A stretch of DNA of 56,590 nucleotides, counting the filler, from Sphacelaria rigidula (lineage: Eukaryota), in NCBI GenBank assembly GCA_964200075.2. It is 4 parts of 4 records of this genome, joined end to end, with 100 filler letters (N's around TTAATTAATTAA, not from the genome) between each part and the next. Parts side by side here need not be neighbours in the genome. Positions count along the whole stretch, not along the records: positions 42,524 to 56,590 come from CAXNAA020002475.1; 3 more parts are not named here. One strand, given 5' to 3'. How positions within the stretch are numbered: position 1 is the stretch's first letter; the number at the start of each line of letters is the position of its first letter. The notes under the pieces are model-generated. The model ran no database searches, was not told the origin of the DNA, and worked only from the letters and a program-made list of their open reading frames with translations. The translations under genes and the position numbers were made by a program. Of the stretch, positions 51,602-56,590 are shown one piece after another.

Positions 51602-51858
51602 CCCGGTCACTTTCTACGATAGCCCCCCCCCAAAACCAGCGAAAAGTGTCACGAAAAAAATGGCCATACGGCGCCTGATATTCGGGTTCAGGCTGCATGA
51701 AGCGCCTTATATTGGCGACATTGGCTAGAATGAATCCAAGCGTGGGAATCCCCAGCATCTCGTTGTGCTCAGCTTTTCCCATTTCGATTTAAGTGAAGAT
51801 TTTATCTCCCGAAACCATGCACTTTTGGGGGGGGGGCTATCGTAGAAAGTGTCCCCGG
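51602..51858. mobile_element. MITE with ~28-bp TIRs
   Basis: CACTTTCTACGATAGCCCCCCCCCAAAA (51608-51635) and TTTTGGGGGGGGGGCTATCGTAGAAAGTG (51823-51851), extending imperfectly to CCGG on both sides. Confidence 0.85.
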
Positions 51859-51975
51859 ATGTAGCATCTTTGAATGCACGGATCATTCCACCTGCTCCAT
51901 CATACTATGGTACGAACATCTCTCATTCGCCATGTTCACATGCGGTCTTGCCCCGAAATAACTACGGGCGTGCTG

Positions 51976-52054
51976 TGTTAGATGTACAACATATCCACTG
52001 AGCTAACAGTCAGCGCTGACTGTTTAGCTCAGTGGATATGTTGTACATCTAACA
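51976..52054. repeat. 79-bp loop-less palindrome (one-base indel)
   Basis: TGTTAGATGTACAACATATCCACTGAGCTAACAGTCAGC|GCTGACTGTTTAGCTCAGTGGATATGTTGTACATCTAACA. Confidence 0.95.
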
Positions 52055-52559
52055 AAAGTACAAGCGGGGTCCGACAGCTGGTTAGACTGTTGGACTCCGG
52101 TTTCTACCTAAGGGTCTCTAACATGCTGATATCCTCTGCCTACGGGCCCGAGAAATTCAAATACAGTGGGGGAACTACATACTGGCGGCCTTCCATAAGG
52201 CCATTTGAGATATAAGGCCGCCAATATTGCCTTGTCACACCTCTTACGATATAAGGTCGGTCTTCCTGTCTAAGCCGAAATTGGCCAATATCGGAAGGTC
52301 ACTCCACTCCACAGGCAGGGGTGCGTATCACAGCACTCCGTGTCTTGACGATGCCCTGCGTATCGGGTAAGCGCTGCCAAGTACGGGAGCAGACCCCTGC
52401 ACCGCCACTCAACACCAACCATAAGTGCAGCAGTTGCATCCCGTTCACACACGTGGCAGATCACTTCGGCAAGCAAGACGAAATCGTGGCCGAGCGTTCC
52501 ATGAATGAGATTGTAGGTTACCTTCGCAGGGCTCGGATGGGATATACGATTGTCCACAT

Positions 52560-54990
52560 CTCCAGGAAGACACGCCAGGGTGACATCCACAACTTCTTGA
52601 GTAGCGCACCTCGGAGAGACATTCACGGCGATGAACTGCGCCAGTGGGAGCGGGGCGGTTCGAGGATCACGCCATCCGAATGGATTTCAAACAGGTCTGG
52701 GTTAAGAGGTAAATGGCGAGATCGGCCGTGCGACTGGGGTCATCACGAGATAAACCCGCATCGCGCACGAGGCGAGTAGCGTGCAGAAAGGTCAAAGAGC
52801 TGATTCAAGTTGGGGTGAACAACTATGTGGAGGTGTATGATGGAGAGTTGGAGGTATATGCTCGAGTGTGGGACATGAGAGGATGGTACAGGCATCTCAA
52901 AGGAGGGTGGAAACTGTCAAGACGACTGATTAAGAGTGAGCAGTGCATTCGAGATGAGAACGGGAATATACTGTGGGACAGAGGTTTGATCAGTGAGAGA
53001 TGGGAATGATACTCCTCCACATTGCTGAACGCCATATTGGCAACTATCGACCGAACCATCTTCGAGAAGACTGCTCAATGACCGATAGCGCTATCACTAG
53101 AAGACCCGCCAAGCCCAAGTGAAAGTGACGAGGCTCTGAGAGCTATGTCGAACGGCAAATCGACGGATCCGGATGGTCTACCTGCTGAAATCCTGAACCT
53201 TGGACTGAACGTGCAGGGGTCGGAGATTCTGTTCCACTCCCATGACATCGTCTCTGCAATTTGGACATCTGACAAGGTGCCGAAGGGATGGAAAGATGTC
53301 ACCATCAGAGTACTACACAGAAAGGAGGACAAGGCCAAGTATGGTAACTGACTACAGAGGCATTTCGCTTGTGGCACATACTGCTAAAGATCTCCTCCGA
53401 ATTGTAGCCAACAGACTAGACAATTTTTGTGAGGAACCTGATGTCTTCCCGGAGTAGCGATGCTGACTTGGGCGCCAATGATTGACCACAGATATGATGT
53501 TTGTAGTACGCCAACTTCAGTAGTTAGGACGGGCGAGCAACGTTCCACTGAACACGTGCTTTATCGATCTGCAGAGAGCCCGCGGATGCGAAGACCGCAC
53601 GCTCCTGTGCAAAGTGCTTGCTAGGTTCGGAATCCCGCCGCGAAATGATTACGATAATCCGTATGTTTCAGAAGGTTACGTTTCGTCCCCGCTGTTGCTC
53701 ATCATCTTTGTCGCAGTCTTGGTCGACGTGTTCGTTCAACGGTTCGCGGTGGACCCAGCGATCACCTCAGACATGATTTTTCCAGATGATGCGCCAAAAG
53801 GTGACAGTGAACACCTGGAAGAGACGCCGCTGGAAAAGGTGCGGCACGCGGTGTGGGCAATGCTTCTTGCGGATGACACCGGCAGAGTCTCGAGAACCTC
53901 AGACGTCCCTGCTCGAGTGATGGGCGGGTGGTGGGTGTGACCGGCCAGGAATTCGGCCTCGCGGTCTCCGAGAGCAAAACAGAGTCCATGCGCCTGTGGT
54001 CAGTACGCAGTCCCACGGAGGCCGCCCCGCAAATCAAAGCTGGTGGTCAACGATATAAGCAGGCGGGGAAGTTCGTCTTCCTTGGTGGTGCTATCAGCGC
54101 GGATGCGAAAATATCTATCGAAACCAACCGTCGCATCAGCGCAAAGTGGACGTGCATCCGAAAATTTGGCTCCCAACTCTATGATCGGCCTAACGGCCAG
54201 CTATCCCTGAAAGTCGGGCTGGTTGAGGCGGAGGTGGTAGGAGCTGTGTGGTACGGATGTGCCACATGGACGTTACGTTCTGAGGACTTTGACAGTCTGC
54301 GCACTTCTCATCTCAAGCTTTTGCTGCGATTGGTTGGATTCCGCAGGGAAGATCGAAAATGTCTACAACACACTCTCGCACGAAGCGGTGCTCGAGATGA
54401 CCACTGCGAGCGTATTGAGACGACTATCCGCAAAGATCATCTCTGGTTCCGGGAGCCCTTGTCTGGCAGAAGGAAGCACGCCGTCCTAAGTGCATCATGA
54501 ACGGAAGGTTAGCCGCACTAGGGCCCAGGGGGGCTGGCCGCCGCCCCAAACGATGGGAGGAAAACCTCCAGGAGAACCTACGTGCACTAGGGGCTATTCC
54601 GCACAAAGGAGCGCGACGGAAATGATTCGTTCACGGTGTAGAGGCTAGCGATGCATACAAAGGGGTCACTGCGGCGAAGAACATGGGCAAACGGAATATT
54701 GAAGTCGAAAAAGGAGCTGAAAAGTTTGAGGACACGCGGTGACAGGAAGACAAACGCGAATCGGCCCGCCGTCCCAAAAGGCTGCTGCATCGAGAGCCGT
54801 CGATCAAAGAATCCCGTCTGCTCATACCGGTCGTTGATTGTGTCCTCGGTCGGTGCCTCTGCGGCGCCCCCTGGTGTGTGTCTGTATCTGCTCTGCTGCC
54901 CTGAATTCTTTGGGCTCCACCACGTCCGTAGTCTCCTTCTTTTCTCCTCTCCCTTTCCCCCATATTTCTCTCTTTATATATATATATATA
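52560..54990 (+). mobile_element. Decayed LINE (RTE-like) reverse transcriptase, a second family
   Basis: Ordered motifs: IRDENGNIL...ERW, MSNGKSTDPDGLPAEIL, VPKGWKDVTIRVLHRK, YRGISLVAHTAKDLLRIVANRL, TTDMMFVVRQLQ, CFIDLQRA, SSPLLLIIF, AMLLADDT (YADD-like), KFVFLGGAIS, WYGCATWTL. Frameshifted; ends near a (TA)n tract at ~54975-54991. Confidence 0.92.
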
Positions 54991-55557
54991 TGGGTGTGTG
55001 TTCTTCCCTGCCGGTGTATGTCAGTGTAGTGTGGTACCTCGCTTCATTGTGTTTGTCCATGAATGAGAGAATCCATACCCCAAAGAGTGCGGTCGTAGTA
55101 GATGAGCCGCAACCATTTCCTCCCTTTCCCACGGCCTTTGGTTTTCTACGACTAGGTTTGAGTATGGTTCTGCGCAAGATCGTTTCCGCCGAAGCCATGC
55201 GGCAGGGGCCGGCCATTTCTTGTCTCTTTTGTGTTACTCGTATATTTTCTCCTTCTGCCTTAGTCTACTCTGTTGTTCTGTTCCGAATTTTTCTGCAGCG
55301 GGTGTTACACTTTTGTTGTGTCTCGGGTACGTCTATCATGTTACCACGGCTGGATCCCTGGAGAGTCAGTCAAAGTGCGACAATCACTCAACAGATCAAA
55401 TCAAAAGTGGGGCAGTCCAAATGCTCACCCATGTAGGGTTGAGTGGAGGTATATTTTCTGCTTTGTTGTGTGATACTCCAACGCGCACATATAATTGTAA
55501 ACGGTTTATATTCAAAGGGTGTGTTGAGTTGGCATGTTCTTTTTGTCGTTTGATTCT

Positions 55558-56215
55558 CCGGACAAGGGGAAGACGTTGGTACACGATAGAACGATCTATT
55601 CGGTTGGGATATTTTTTATGTTTATCGCGTCCTGGGATTCTTGGACAAGGTGAAGACAACGGTATGCGATAAAATGGTCCATTCGGTTGGGTATATATTT
55701 TTCGTTGTCTTCCTGTTTTCCGGCTTTTCTTGGACAAGGGGAAGACACCGGTGTGCAATAAAAAATATGTTGGTTTTCTTGTTTTTTTCTGTTGTTTGGG
55801 GTATCTCTGGACAAGGGGGAGACAATGGCATACATTCAATGGGTATGTTGGGTTGGGATGGTTTTTTGCTGTTATTCTGATGTTGGGGGGAGACAATGGC
55901 ATATACATTCAAGGGGCATGTTGGGTTGGGACGGTTTTCTTGTTGTTTTTCTCTTGTTCGTTTTTTTTACAAGAGGAAGGCAACGGTATACAATATAAAT
56001 GTCTGTTAGATTGGCATATCGCTTTCCCGCTGTTTCTTCGCTGTTTAGGGTTTTGGGGGAGGAAGGGGAAGACATTGATATACAATCAAAGGGGGTGTTT
56101 GGTCGGCATGTCTTGTTTCCGTTGTTTTCCTGTGTCTTTTTGGACAACATGGGGAAGACAGCGGGATACGATAAAGGGGCATGTCGGGTTGGCGTGGTTT
56201 TCTCGATGATTTTTC
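55558..56215. repeat. Degenerate tandem satellite, ~8 units of 75-92 bp
   Basis: Anchor GGACAAGGGGAAGACA-like motif at about 55560, 55643, 55732, 55809, 55884, 55969, 56061 and 56142, most followed by a GGTAT..ATA-like motif, a (C)GGTTGG-like motif and a T-rich tail. Confidence 0.85.
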
Positions 56216-56534
56216 GTTGGTTTGATTATCCTTCGAAACAGGAAAGGCGATATAATGTCCTTCGCAAACTGCGGGTGCTGCGGCCGAGAAATAGCCCCAG
56301 TTTGTTTCTGTTCTCTGTGTCCCCACCTTCACCACCAGAGAGGGTTGGGAGCGCACGAAGTCCTCCTGCAACAGCCGCGCAGACGACAACACCCCACCAT
56401 ACATGAAGAAGCCAGCCAGGGGTACACTTTTTAGGTCAAACCTTGTTTGAGGGTTATCTGAGGTTGCACACTAAGGCCCAGATATTTGTCATCGAGAGGC
56501 TCCTACAACGAAGAGTCTGTGACGGTCTAAGAGA

Positions 56535-56590
56535 CAACCAACTAGACTACTGACAAGTCAGCGCTGACTTATCAGTAGTCTAGTTGGTTG
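56535..56590. repeat. 56-bp loop-less palindrome (one mismatch) at the contig end
   Basis: CAACCAACTAGACTACTGACAAGTCAGC|GCTGACTTATCAGTAGTCTAGTTGGTTG; it may continue beyond the window. Confidence 0.95.

Noticed and set aside
55558-56215. CRISPR-like repeat/spacer array
   Set aside because: The anchors are degenerate, the 'spacers' resemble one another, no cas genes are present and the context is eukaryotic; it is a satellite.
42524-56590. Missing N-terminal epimerase exons in contig 4
   Set aside because: No epimerase-like motif such as RGHGG was found, and the contig is not demonstrably adjacent.

Overview
Intron-rich eukaryotic DNA, almost certainly from a brown alga (Phaeophyceae), based on an intron-split mannuronan C5-epimerase, the splice signals and the repeat content. 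The window is not one locus. It is four contigs of near-identical, non-increasing length (14076, 14076, 14071, 14067 bp) joined by identical artificial 100-bp spacers (44 N + TTAATTAATTAA + 44 N), so nothing can be inferred from adjacency across the spacers. Contig 1 (1-14076): last exons of an unidentified low-complexity protein gene, MITEs, a LINE scrap and a possible piggyBac-like relic. Contig 2 (14177-28252): a complete 8-exon, ~1465-aa three-repeat MYB gene. It has an unusual layout: a long disordered N-terminus, then a Cys/His zinc-finger-like module resembling Castor fingers, then an internal MYB domain. MYB-type AACGG sites cluster in its own upstream region. Contig 3 (28353-42423): 11 exons of a 5'-truncated mannuronan C5-epimerase gene on the minus strand, with an intact YGFDPHDD motif, a GC-AG intron and a 5-kb repeat-filled intron. 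Contig 4 (42524-56590): transposon graveyard with two decayed LINE reverse transcriptases, a Helitron RepHel N-terminal remnant plus a Helitron 3' end, MITEs, a degenerate ~80-bp satellite, and two long loop-less palindromes sharing the core AGTCAGCGCTGACT. All gene models were spliced by hand; no database searches were run.
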